Shown: positions 1 through 9,447, counted from the first letter of the stretch. The stretch: DNA of 64,000 nt from a candidate division WOR-3 bacterium (GCA_965649205.1 CBFGJV010000001.1:64001-128000); one strand, 5' to 3'. Numbers and translations are program-made. The notes: generated from the letters alone by a model not told the origin.

Positions 1-329
1 TCTTTGCGAAAGTACGCTGCCAGCACTTGTGCCAACATTAGTCCATCAGCTTGCTGGAGGCCGGTATCGTCTATTCTTACGGCTGTCTCGGCGCCCTTGG
101 CCAGAGCCATACGTAGTACTTCTGTCGCCTCCTTGCTGCCTACCGTGACTACCGTCACCTGGGCCCCGGAAGTTTCCTTCAAAAGAAGCGCCTCCTCCAA
201 AGCGTAGTTGTCCGACTCGTTAATCGTGTAGACCAGCTTATCCTTTACGATGTCCCTGCCTGTTTCATCTACCTGCACCGTGGCTTCGGAAACATCCGGT
301 ACTCGTCGCAAACAGACTGCTATCTTCAT
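1..329 (-). CDS. etfB: Electron transfer flavoprotein beta subunit (5' part; runs off window)
   Basis: Manual translation from ATG 329: MKIAVCLRRVPDVSEA...YTINESDNYALEEALLLKE...VTVVTVG...LRMALAKGAETAVRI, the ETF-beta/FixA N-terminus. Not in the ORF track. Confidence 0.9.
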   Translation of the reverse strand, partial: MKIAVCLRRVPDVSEATVQVDETGRDIVKDKLVYTINESDNYALEEALLLKETSGAQVTVVTVGSKEATEVLRMALAKGAETAVRIDDTGLQQADGLMLAQVLAAYFRK

Positions 330-447
330 GGTTTTGGTCTCCAGTTCTCGAACCGTGCTTGATTTTTGCGTCTAAGAGAACCAATCATGGTGAAAAAGGT
401 GGAAGTAAGATACAGCAAAACCTTTATGCGTCAAGCCAGGAAAGACA

Positions 448-472
448 AGAGGGCGGCGTGGAACCGCCCTCT
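448..472 (-). terminator. Hairpin downstream of tRNA-Glu
   Basis: AGAGGGCGG-N7-CCGCCCTCT 9-bp stem directly 3' of the tRNA, weak U-tract. Confidence 0.55.
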
Positions 473-474
473 GA

Positions 475-549
475 TAGCCCCATGGGGATTTGAACCCCAG
501 TCTTCTGGCTGAGAACCAGATGTCCTAGGCCGGACTAGACGATGGGGCC
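475..549 (-). tRNA. tRNA-Glu(CTC)
   Basis: Reverse strand GGCCCCATCGTCTAG...TCTGG-TTCTCAG-CCAGA...GGTTCAAATCCCCATGGGGCTA; cloverleaf, no CCA. Confidence 0.95.
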
Positions 550-571
550 ACAGACATTCGTCTATTGGCCA

Positions 572-599
572 ATAATAGCTTTGGAATTGAAGGTGTCAA
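572..599 (-). promoter_or_regulatory. Sigma70-type promoter of tRNA-Glu
   Basis: TTGACA-N16-TATTAT on the minus strand. Confidence 0.65.
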
Positions 600-864
600 T
601 GTCAAGGTTTTCGCTAGAAGCGCCAGCCAAGGCCCAGCGTAAGCTCCTGTCTCGGACTGGCGCGTTTCCTATGAGAGCTGCAGCGCCGGCAACTCGTCAG
701 GGTCAGGCACAGGCAATGGGAAAATGCTCTTGCCCGCCTGCGGCACAACCCGCTTCAGTATCCCACGCCCTTTAGACTCTTGATGTCGGTTCCTCTTGGT
801 GTTTGCTAAAAAGCACTTGACCTTATTACCTACCAAAGTACCCGCGCCTACCGTTATGCGGCCA

Positions 865-1176
865 GACAGCTTCCTCAACTGCTCCCTGACCAGCCTGGCC
901 GGCAACTCACAGACCGGCCTACTCAGCCGCCCGCCAAGCGACCAGCTAAGCCACTCACCCAGCCGCCCCTCTGACAACTCTCCCTCCCATTCTCCCTTCT
1001 GCCTGCCAACCTGCCCTCTAAACAGCTCTCCAGACCACCCACCAGCCAGCCTACTCCCCGACCCCCCTCCCGACCCGGCTAACTACTCGCCAAACCACCC
1101 GCCTCACCGCCCGGTATTCTGCTCCCAGAACAACCCGCCAGACCGCCCACCCAGCAGTCTCCCCAGCGACCCCCCT
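865..1176 (+). repeat. Degenerate 12-bp tandem array, 26 units, C-rich
   Basis: Units follow approximately NNC-NRC-YYN-CYN in unbroken register (gacagcttcctc / aactgctccctg / ... / agcgacccccct). Confidence 0.8.
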
Positions 1177-1493
1177 ACGAAAAAGCTTCACTTACAACAC
1201 TGATCCGCCGCCCTTACAGCCGTACCGCCTCTCTACCGCACACACATTTACGAAATTTCCTCCCCGCGGCATATAAAACTATAGAGGCGAAAAATGAAAA
1301 ACATCCCCCTCCGGTCCGAAACCAGACAACTCCACGCCCGCATCCGCTCTTAGGAATACATAAATACGTCTTGCATGTTGGTGCTGAGAGACTACAATCT
1401 GGCGTGAGATGTGTTGGCAGGTTCCCGGCTCGGGGCAGAAAGAGCGGTACAAGAAGTTAAGGAACGTGCCCGGCTTTGCGTGACGAGGTATAG

Positions 1494-2165
1494 ATGGCTC
1501 GGTCAGTGAAACTAGCCACGTCTGGGGGGTGGCGTTGCTTCTACTGCAACACATTTGTTAACAGAGAGATGGAAAAGTGTCCGAGCTGTGGGTGTGAGTT
1601 TGTTCAAACAGGCAGGGATGAGGGTGGGGTCAAAGAGCCTGAGGCCGAGAACTCGTCTGGCCGTTCTGTGCGCCTCCAGCAATCATTTAGGGTTCGCAGA
1701 CAGAGTTACACAATTCCTTTGATAGTACTGGCGATCTGCTCGTTCCTGCTGGCCGTTCTGCTCAGGCCAAAACCCCGCCATGGTGTACTTCTGTCTGAGC
1801 CAGGCACGCCTCGGCCAAGCTACAGGATTCTGGAAATGCGGCAGCTCCCTTTGCAAGGTATCAACAGGATTAGTTTAGTCGGGCTAGCGAGACCAGAGCT
1901 TCCCGATGAGAGCTTCAAAGCCGTGCTGGACTGGATGTTGTACAATACCCTATACAGCGAGAATCATCTGCGGCGCCAAGCCGTACGAGTAGTATGGGCA
2001 TATGTCCTTACCGATTCTCTCGCTCCCAGATCGCATTGGAGGGCTATGGCAATCTGGACGGATTCGTTACTACCCAAACCTCTGCGTCCGGCCGGAATCG
2101 GAGGCGATGCTATCAGGCAAGGCCAGGTTGAGTACGACGTTACCAATCCGCTGTTGCAACGCTAG
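1494..2165 (+). CDS. Hypothetical membrane protein with N-terminal zinc ribbon
   Basis: GAGGT RBS; CFYC-x10-CPSC; one TM segment (IPLIVLAICSFLLAVLL). Confidence 0.7.
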   Translation: MARSVKLATSGGWRCFYCNTFVNREMEKCPSCGCEFVQTGRDEGGVKEPEAENSSGRSVRLQQSFRVRRQSYTIPLIVLAICSFLLAVLLRPKPRHGVLLSEPGTPRPSYRILEMRQLPLQGINRISLVGLARPELPDESFKAVLDWMLYNTLYSENHLRRQAVRVVWAYVLTDSLAPRSHWRAMAIWTDSLLPKPLRPAGIGGDAIRQGQVEYDVTNPLLQR

Positions 2166-2244
2166 TTTTTGAGTATGCGGAAGATAAGATGTCGGGCTGG
2201 CGTCGGAGCTTTCGAGAAAACCTGTGAACAATCATAGGGATACA

Positions 2245-2272
2245 GGCAACCATCCGACCTGCTGGACGTCAA
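2245..2272 (+). promoter_or_regulatory. Putative ECF-dependent autoregulatory promoter
   Basis: GGCAAC-N16-CGTCAA matches the generic ECF AAC...CGT consensus and lies just upstream of the sigma gene. Confidence 0.5.
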
Positions 2273-2289
2273 AACTTAATGAGAACTCG

Positions 2290-2823
2290 GTGCGCGGTAG
2301 CGCCGAAACGGCAGGAAAAAAGAAGCCGCAGGACAAAGATGAGCGGTTTGAGCAATTATACCGAGAAAATAAAGCCAAAGTGATGTCTACTGCTTACCGC
2401 CTGCTGGGAAATCGCGCGGACGCCGAAGATGTGACCCAAGATGTGTTTATCAAAGTCTACAAGCATATAGACTCTTTTCGAGGGGAATCAGCGGTGACTA
2501 CCTGGATTTACAGGATAACCGTGAATGCCTGTTATGACCTTCTGCGGAAACGCAGGCGCGAGCAGACGATATCACTGGAGGATTGTACCGAACTCAGTAC
2601 GGAATCTAGGTCACTGAAAGAACTGATTGAGTCTATGGTTGCAAGGCTGCCAGAAACCTACCGCAGTGTTTTTACTCTTCATGACATACAAGGTCTAAAA
2701 CATACGGAAATAGCTAAGGTGCTCGGAATTACTGTGGGGACCAGTAAATCGCTGCTACACAGGGCGAGGGCCCAGTTGCGGAAAAAACTGAGCCCTTATA
2801 TAAAGAGATGGATAAGTCTTTAG
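2290..2823 (+). CDS. ECF RNA polymerase sigma-70 factor (start uncertain: GTG 2290 or 2224)
   Basis: Region 2 DAEDVTQDVFIKVY...WIYRITVNACYD; region 4 LHDIQGLKHTEIAKVLGITVGTSKSLLHRAR. Confidence 0.92.
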   Translation: MRGSAETAGKKKPQDKDERFEQLYRENKAKVMSTAYRLLGNRADAEDVTQDVFIKVYKHIDSFRGESAVTTWIYRITVNACYDLLRKRRREQTISLEDCTELSTESRSLKELIESMVARLPETYRSVFTLHDIQGLKHTEIAKVLGITVGTSKSLLHRARAQLRKKLSPYIKRWISL

Positions 2824-2842
2824 AAAGGACATACCGGACCAT

Positions 2843-3412
2843 GTGCGCCGAGAGGAGGTATGCACGGATAAACACCCTGTTGATGAGAAATTAAGTGCCT
2901 ATCTTGAAGGTGAATTAAGCCAGACAGAAAGTGACGAGATAGAGCGGCATCTAGGCATGTGCTTAGAGTGCCGTTCGGTCTTGTCGGAGTTGCGCGCAAT
3001 ACGCGAGGCGGCTGCGGGGCTTGAGGAGATTCAGCCGTCGCCGACCGTCTGGTTGGCAGTCAGAGACAGGATAGGCACGGCGAGACCAAGGACAGACACA
3101 GTTCTCAGTCGAGCCTGGCCAGCTGTTGCCGCTGGCATCATACTTGTGATAGCAGTGCTGTTGCTGCGCTCTGGAATAACAAACGGAGGCAGGAAAGGGG
3201 TTATTGCGTCAACAGCCTGGTCGCATAAGGCAGCAGGTGTAGAAGCGGTCGAGTGCGAAGAGTATATAAATGCTCTGGACGAAGCGATAGAAGAATGCGA
3301 GGCAGCCCTAGCCGAGAATCCCCAGAGTTTTAGGGTGCAGTATACATATCTTTCCCTTGTCTCCAGCCAGCTCAGCATGGTCAATAGACTATCTCCGCGA
3401 GGCGGGCGATGA
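2843..3412 (+). CDS. Membrane-anchored zinc-binding anti-sigma factor (zf-HC2)
   Basis: LSAYLEGEL...HLGMCLEC (HxxxCxxC), one TM helix, directly after the ECF sigma gene. Confidence 0.88.
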   Translation: MRREEVCTDKHPVDEKLSAYLEGELSQTESDEIERHLGMCLECRSVLSELRAIREAAAGLEEIQPSPTVWLAVRDRIGTARPRTDTVLSRAWPAVAAGIILVIAVLLLRSGITNGGRKGVIASTAWSHKAAGVEAVECEEYINALDEAIEECEAALAENPQSFRVQYTYLSLVSSQLSMVNRLSPRGGR

Positions 3413-4383
3413 ATGTGGCCATTCTGGCGCTAACTTGGGTAGTTGCGGTCCCGAGCACGTCCGTAAGAAACTTGTATCGCACTATGGAATGGCAGCCGGG
3501 GACCACCGTTGTGATATTGCATCGGTTCGGAGACGTGTCAGTTGAGGGAAGGGGGCGTAACCGTATTGAAGTGAAAGGCAGGGTCAAAGCCATAGCTTCC
3601 TCTCCCAGTCGGGCTGCGGCTTTGACCAGATTGGTTCGTCTGCAGACCAGGCGACTGGACGATACTGTGGCGGTCAGCATTTCCGTGCCATCGGAGGCAC
3701 CGCTCAGCCAAGAGGAAGGCTGGGAGACAAGTCTGACGCTGGTGGTGCCGGCAGGTGCCCGAGTTGTGGTAAGAAACAGTTTCGGCAATGTGATGGTAAC
3801 GGACGTAGTCGGGGGTGGGGAGATTGTCAACCGTTTTGGGAACGTCAGTCTTGTTCGGTGCCGGAACTTCGAAGTGGCCAATCGCTTTGGAGACGTCTCT
3901 GTCTGTCGGGTATCTGGTCCGTTGCTAATATGCAACCGGTTCGGTAGCGTTTCTCTCGACAGCGTATGGCAGCAGGTGGAAGTAAACAATCGCTACGGTG
4001 AGGTACGGGCGCAGCATCTGGATGGAAGTGCTTCTCTCAGTAACCGGGGAGGGGTGATAACCTGTCGTCGTAGTTCGGGGGTCGTGTCTATAGAAAATCA
4101 TCTAGGAGATGTTTTGGCTTGGGTGCAGGAGGACAGGTTGAAGGAAATTGAGATTGCCGCCGAGCTGGGAAGTGTCTGTTTGAACCTTGAACGTTCGCTC
4201 TCTTTCCAATTGGACGCGGCCACGTTTGCGGGCCGCATCTGTTCGTCCCTGCCTCTCGTGCTAGAAAATCAGGGCCAGCACAAGTTTGCGTCCGGTGGCT
4301 TTGGTAGAGGAGGCCCTGTGATAAGGTTGTCTGGTATGCATGCGGATTTCGTGATAGCACACGATTCGCTAGAAAGAAGGTAA
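3409..4383 (+). CDS. Exported DUF4097-like beta-strand repeat protein
   Basis: Signal peptide; repeated N-R-F-G-x-V motifs; ATGA overlap with the anti-sigma gene. Confidence 0.75.
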   Translation: MNVAILALTWVVAVPSTSVRNLYRTMEWQPGTTVVILHRFGDVSVEGRGRNRIEVKGRVKAIASSPSRAAALTRLVRLQTRRLDDTVAVSISVPSEAPLSQEEGWETSLTLVVPAGARVVVRNSFGNVMVTDVVGGGEIVNRFGNVSLVRCRNFEVANRFGDVSVCRVSGPLLICNRFGSVSLDSVWQQVEVNNRYGEVRAQHLDGSASLSNRGGVITCRRSSGVVSIENHLGDVLAWVQEDRLKEIEIAAELGSVCLNLERSLSFQLDAATFAGRICSSLPLVLENQGQHKFASGGFGRGGPVIRLSGMHADFVIAHDSLERR

Positions 4384-4389
4384 CCAACG

Positions 4390-4965
4390 ATGCGACAAGG
4401 AAGTACGAGGAGCATAGGTTTAGTACATACTGGTGCGCTCTGCTCAGCGGCAATTTTCCTTTGGCTGCTGCCGACCTTGGTGACGGCTGGTCCGGATAGT
4501 ACAGCCGCTGGTCAGGGGTGGTTGGGAGTCTACACTGACAATCTTACGGAACCAATGCTGGTAGCTCTCAATCTAACGCACGGGGTGCTGGTAACCGAAG
4601 TTCTCGAAGGTTCGCCCGCAAGCAAGGCGGGACTGCAAATGGGAGACGTGATTACCGAAATTGAGGGAGAGGCAGTTTACAATGGTCAAAAACTGCGCAG
4701 TGTGGTACGGACGCGGCCTGGGCGTAAAGTGCAGATTCGGATTCGCCGTCGGGGGCAGGAAAAAACCTTAGAAGCAGTCCTGCAGGCGCGGACACGAGAT
4801 AGACGTTGGCGTGGGTACTTTCCTGATTTTCCAGATCCCAGAACTACGAAGCGACCTCTAGAGGAGAAAATAGAGCGACATATCCCACTACTGGATTCTT
4901 TGCGTAAAGAAATAGAAGCTCTGCGGGAGAACCTAAGGCAACTGCAGGAGAGACTCAGACAATAG
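4390..4965 (+). CDS. Exported single-PDZ protein with C-terminal coiled coil
   Basis: GWLGV...GVLVTEVLEGSPASKAGLQMGDVITEI; no protease domain. Confidence 0.85.
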   Translation: MRQGSTRSIGLVHTGALCSAAIFLWLLPTLVTAGPDSTAAGQGWLGVYTDNLTEPMLVALNLTHGVLVTEVLEGSPASKAGLQMGDVITEIEGEAVYNGQKLRSVVRTRPGRKVQIRIRRRGQEKTLEAVLQARTRDRRWRGYFPDFPDPRTTKRPLEEKIERHIPLLDSLRKEIEALRENLRQLQERLRQ

Positions 4966-5087
4966 CGTATCGTTACGGGAGTCTGTCTGACCGGGTTTGA
5001 CAGGGCTGGTTGCCGGCCTAGAATAATTTTTAGACTATCTAGGACCGTAGGTTGCATAAACAAATTAAGAAGAAAGGAAGAAAGTAC

Positions 5088-7337
5088 ATGTATAGTGTCA
5101 GGTTCTGGCGGTCGTTTCTTTTTTTTGTACTGGCGTTGGTTCCTGTTTTGGCCAGCGCTGGCCAGGTGGTGGTGCGAGTTTATGCTAAGGACTATTGGGA
5201 GCTGTACGAGCGGGTGCCCTTTAAGGGTACTTCTATCGAAATCGCCGGAGCAGACTTGGGTAAATCTTATGACCTGGTCTGTAACCGAGCTGATCTGCCG
5301 CTAATTACCAATTGCGGTCTGCGCAATGAGATAATCATTGACGATTTGGATACCCGACGCCTAGAAGCGGCGGAGTTTGGTTTCTACTGTTCCTATGACT
5401 CAATGAAAAGCATACTGCGGAACCTGGCTTTGTCTTATCCATTCATATGCCGTCTGGACAGTTTTGGGCCTACCCACGAAGGACGGTTTATATTGGGTCT
5501 GAAAATCTCCGACAATCCTTATGTGGATGAGGACGAGCCTGAAGTTCTGTTTATGGGCCAGGTCCACGCCCGCGAATGGGCAGCAGGTCAGGTCTGCAGG
5601 CACATTGCTGATACGCTGATTCGCAACTATGCAACCAACTCCAGTTTTCGCGACCTTATAGATAACCGTGAAATATGGGTTTTTCCCATTGTGAACGCAG
5701 ACGGCTTTGCCTACGACTACCCTGGGCAACGTTCTTGGCGCAAGAACCGGCAGCCGTTTAGTAATTTCACCCCGCCTGGTTGCGATGACAATCGCGATTT
5801 CAACGGCGTATGCAATGGTAACCGGATGGCTGACTGGGGTTCACTGGTGCGTGGTTCCCGTACTACTCACCTGCCTACTGATGAAACATTTTTTGGAGCC
5901 AAGGGAGCGTGGGCAAAGGAGATAGACGCTCTGTGCAACTGGTTTCGGCAGAGGACGATTGTCGCCTGTATAGAGTTTCACTCCTACTCAGAGCTTATTC
6001 TCTGGCCATACGGGCATGGCGAGAATACACCCGATAGTGCTTTCTACTCGGAGCTGGGTCGTCAGGTTGCCAGTCGCATCGGAAAACTTTCCGGTGGCAC
6101 CTACACGCCCCAGCGCTCAGACCAGCTTTATCCCACAAATGGAGGCTCGGATGACTGGTTCTACGGCTGGGCCAGAACCATAGGGGGGTTCCCCTGTATG
6201 TCGTTCTGTTGCGAACTGGGCACCAGTTTCTACCAAAGCACGACGGACCTGAACAAGATACAGACCGAGGCTTTCAAGGGTTCCTTCTACCTTGCCCAGC
6301 AGGCAGACAACATTATCGCGACTCTAGAAGGTACGGTACCGCGTCCAATACTGGCGCCCATGGATTCCAGTTCTGGCTCTTTTACTGTGAGTTGGAGCCC
6401 TATCCGGCCCGATCAGAATCACCCATTGAAATGGGAACTGGAAGAACTCAGCGATCTTACTGTGCTAGAGGACAATATGGAATCAGGAACTGACCTCTGG
6501 GTCCTGCAAGGTGCATCCCGTTCTACTACCCAGAGGCGTTCTGGTAGCTACAGCATATACCTCGGTACAGGGAACAATATATCTAACTACATGATGACCA
6601 AGGATCCGTACCCGGTTCGACAGGGAGACAGTCTGCGTTACTGGATTTGGTATAACACTGAAGCGAACTACGACGTCACGGTTGCGGAAGTTTCTCTGGA
6701 GGGCAAGGAATGGTTCCAGCTTCATGAGCGTTATACTGGCAACTCTTCAGGTTGGATTCGCAGAGCGTTCTCTCTGGAGCCTTGGGTTGGCAAATCTGTA
6801 TTTATTCGCTTCCGCTATATGACTGACGACGGCACTTTAAACCCGGGTGTCTACGTAGACGATGTGTGGCCGGTTCCTTCCTTTGGGCAGCGCATGGTCA
6901 TATCTGACAGCATCACCGACACAAGCTTCGTAATTACAGGCAAGCAGGTTGGGACTTATTACTACCGTGTTCGGGGTTACAACGCGGCCTGGGGCTGGGG
7001 TGACAAGGGGCCGCTGGAGGATATTGTAGTGACTGGCACTGACGTTAGAGAATCAGACAAGGGCGCTTCCACTGTTTCTGTCCACCTCGAGCCCAATCCG
7101 TTCCGTGATAGGCTGGTTATCAGATTGACTCCGCGTGCGAAGCCTTCCTCTCCGGTAAGTATTTACGACGCAACAGGACGCGAGGTTGCAGTTTTGCACG
7201 TCTCATCCGACTCAAAAGGGCAGGAGCTGATTTGGAACGGAAAAGACAGGTCTGGCAGGCAGGTTCCTGCTGGTGTGTATTATGTGCGTACGCGAGGCAG
7301 CAACGCGTTGCAGTTTCGGGTGACTTGTCTCAGGTAA
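5088..7337 (+). CDS. Secreted M14 zinc carboxypeptidase (carboxypeptidase T-like) with beta-sandwich domains and T9SS/FlgD-like CTD
   Basis: Signal peptide; HARE, WRKNR, FHSYS and ELG motifs; C-terminal PNPF...IYDATGREV...WNGKDRSG...GVYY. Confidence 0.9.
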   Translation: MYSVRFWRSFLFFVLALVPVLASAGQVVVRVYAKDYWELYERVPFKGTSIEIAGADLGKSYDLVCNRADLPLITNCGLRNEIIIDDLDTRRLEAAEFGFYCSYDSMKSILRNLALSYPFICRLDSFGPTHEGRFILGLKISDNPYVDEDEPEVLFMGQVHAREWAAGQVCRHIADTLIRNYATNSSFRDLIDNREIWVFPIVNADGFAYDYPGQRSWRKNRQPFSNFTPPGCDDNRDFNGVCNGNRMADWGSLVRGSRTTHLPTDETFFGAKGAWAKEIDALCNWFRQRTIVACIEFHSYSELILWPYGHGENTPDSAFYSELGRQVASRIGKLSGGTYTPQRSDQLYPTNGGSDDWFYGWARTIGGFPCMSFCCELGTSFYQSTTDLNKIQTEAFKGSFYLAQQADNIIATLEGTVPRPILAPMDSSSGSFTVSWSPIRPDQNHPLKWELEELSDLTVLEDNMESGTDLWVLQGASRSTTQRRSGSYSIYLGTGNNISNYMMTKDPYPVRQGDSLRYWIWYNTEANYDVTVAEVSLEGKEWFQLHERYTGNSSGWIRRAFSLEPWVGKSVFIRFRYMTDDGTLNPGVYVDDVWPVPSFGQRMVISDSITDTSFVITGKQVGTYYYRVRGYNAAWGWGDKGPLEDIVVTGTDVRESDKGASTVSVHLEPNPFRDRLVIRLTPRAKPSSPVSIYDATGREVAVLHVSSDSKGQELIWNGKDRSGRQVPAGVYYVRTRGSNALQFRVTCLR

Positions 7338-7411
7338 GGTCCGTCCGCGGGAACGCAGCATACCAGCATGTTCGCTCCTGCGGGTGTGGTCTATTCTAGG
7401 AAGCTAGCAAC

Positions 7412-9076
7412 ATGACAGACGCAGAGATAGCGCGCACCGTAAAACTCAAGTCAATATACGAGATAGTGGATGCACTTGGTATTACTGACAGAGACTTGGT
7501 GCTTCCCAACGGCAATTACAAGGCAAAACTATCGCTGAGACTTCTGGACAGGCTACGGGACATGCCTGTCGGCAAGCTTATCCTTGTTACCGCTATTACC
7601 CCCACCAAGTATGGAGAGGGAAAGACCACTGTGTCAGTGGGGCTCTCTATGGCTCTAAACCGTCTCGGGAAAAAATCTATTGTCGTCCTGCGTCAACCTT
7701 CATTGGGACCGGTATTTGGGATTAAAGGGGGAGCTACTGGTGGTGGTCGTGCGCAGGTACTGCCGATCGATGATATCAACCTGCACTTTACTGGCGACAT
7801 TCATGCGGTTACTGCCGCACACAACCTGCTGGCGGCTATGCTGGACAGTTCAATCCATTTTGGCAATCCGTTGCGTATAGATGAGAGAGAGATATTCTTC
7901 CCGCGGGCCATAGATATGAACGACCGGGTGCTGCGTTCCATGGTAGTAGGTCTGGGCGGTCGGGCTAACGGGCCCGCCCGGGAGGACAGTTGTGTGATTA
8001 CGGCTGCTTCCGAAGTTATGGCCATACTGGCTCTGTCAGCTTCGCGTACCGAGCTGAAAGAAAGGCTGGGCAAAATTCTGGTGGCGCTCAGCTACGACGA
8101 CCGGGCTGTAACGGCCAACGACTTGGGTGCAACTGGCGCCATGGCAGTCTTGCTCAAGGATGCACTGAAACCCAATCTGGTACAGACTAGCGAGCATACG
8201 CCGGCATTTGTGCATGCCGGTCCGTTCGCCAACATTGCCCACGGGACGGCCAGTATAGTGGCTACGAACATGGCCTTGAGACTGGCAGAATATGTGGTAA
8301 TAGAGGCGGGATTTGGCTCTGACCTTGGGGCGGAGAAGTTCGTTGACATCGTGGCGCCGCTGACAGGCTGGCAGGTCAGCGGATGCGTGCTCGTGGCTAC
8401 AGTGCGCGCGCTGCGGCACCAGGGCGGGGCTAAGGATGGGGCCAAGGGCAAATTGCGAGACCTCTGGGCAGGAATGGAAAATCTACGTCGTCACATTGAG
8501 AATTGTCGGACGCTGGGACTGGAGCCGGTGGTGGCACTGAACCGGTTTGATACGGACAGCGACGATGACCTGCAGCTGGTGGCGAAGTACTGCTTAGAAC
8601 TGGGAGTGGCTTGTGCTATCACTACCGGGTTTGTCCACGGTGGTAGAGGGTGCGAGGAGCTGGCCCAGTCCGTGATGCAGACCATCCAGTCTAAACCGGG
8701 CCGGAATAAGCCACTCTACAGTTATGAGGCAAGAGTGGAGGAAAAGATTGAAACTGTGGCGCAGAAGATATATGGTGCAGAAAGGGTGGTGTACGCCCCC
8801 AGGGCGGAGAGAGACCTGAAAAGGATATACGCTCTGGGGTTTGACAAGCTGCCTGTCTGTATGGCCAAGACGCCGCTTTCTCTATCTGACGATCCGGAAT
8901 GTCTGGGTGCCTGTACAGGATTTAAGATAACAATTTCTGCTGTGCATATTCGAGCTGGCGCCGGATTTCTGGTACCGGTAGCCGGGGAAATGGAACTTTT
9001 GCCTGGTCTGGCCAAGCGTCCCAACGCCTTGAGGATAGACATTGCAGAAGACGGGACCATAACGGGTCTGGCGTGA
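7412..9076 (+). CDS. fhs: Formate--tetrahydrofolate ligase
   Basis: TAITPTKYGEGKTT, GIKGGATGGG, NLHFTGDIHA, HAGPFANIAHG, EAGFGSDLGAEKF. Confidence 0.97.
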   Translation: MTDAEIARTVKLKSIYEIVDALGITDRDLVLPNGNYKAKLSLRLLDRLRDMPVGKLILVTAITPTKYGEGKTTVSVGLSMALNRLGKKSIVVLRQPSLGPVFGIKGGATGGGRAQVLPIDDINLHFTGDIHAVTAAHNLLAAMLDSSIHFGNPLRIDEREIFFPRAIDMNDRVLRSMVVGLGGRANGPAREDSCVITAASEVMAILALSASRTELKERLGKILVALSYDDRAVTANDLGATGAMAVLLKDALKPNLVQTSEHTPAFVHAGPFANIAHGTASIVATNMALRLAEYVVIEAGFGSDLGAEKFVDIVAPLTGWQVSGCVLVATVRALRHQGGAKDGAKGKLRDLWAGMENLRRHIENCRTLGLEPVVALNRFDTDSDDDLQLVAKYCLELGVACAITTGFVHGGRGCEELAQSVMQTIQSKPGRNKPLYSYEARVEEKIETVAQKIYGAERVVYAPRAERDLKRIYALGFDKLPVCMAKTPLSLSDDPECLGACTGFKITISAVHIRAGAGFLVPVAGEMELLPGLAKRPNALRIDIAEDGTITGLA

Positions 9077-9160
9077 TCCTCTGCACTTTGTAGCCGGTTG
9101 ACACTTTCCTAGATTCTCTCTATTCTATTTCGCTACAAGAAGACGGAGGTGCAACGTTAT

Positions 9161-9445
9161 ATGCCAGTCTATGAATTCAAGTGTGAAGACTGCGGCCGGC
9201 ATTTCGATGTAGTAGCCAGCCTGGCTGAATTTGATGCCGGTCTGAAACCTGTTTGCCCTGGCTGTGCTGGGAGGACTTGTCGCCAGGTCATTGGTCGTGT
9301 TACCCTGCTGACGTCTTCAAAATCAGAGGATGACTTGGGGGACTTGGAAGACGACATAGGCGCAGATGACCTTGACAGCACCGAAGAAGATTATGATACG
9401 GAAGGATTCGGTTCCGAGGAAGACGAACTGGATTTTGACTACTAG
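9161..9445 (+). CDS. FmdB-family zinc ribbon protein with acidic tail
   Basis: MPVYEFKCEDCG...CPGCAG; GGAGGT RBS. Confidence 0.85.
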   Translation: MPVYEFKCEDCGRHFDVVASLAEFDAGLKPVCPGCAGRTCRQVIGRVTLLTSSKSEDDLGDLEDDIGADDLDSTEEDYDTEGFGSEEDELDFDY

Positions 9446-9447
9446 GA

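Noticed and set aside
865..1176. CRISPR or DGR call for the 12-bp array
   Set aside because: No repeat-spacer structure, cas gene, reverse transcriptase or TR/VR pair in the window.
1285..1315. Minus-strand GAGGGGGATG...CATTTTTCG resembling the upstream block of the palindromic element
   Set aside because: Short, needs gaps, and there is no palindrome at the expected distance.
1294..1353. 19-aa ORF MKNIPLRSETRQLHARIRS with a GAGG RBS
   Set aside because: Too short and has no other support.
2279..2383. Out-of-frame 34-aa uORF ending in TGATG within the sigma gene
   Set aside because: Re-initiation at 2383 would remove the conserved FEQLY helix; probably coincidental.
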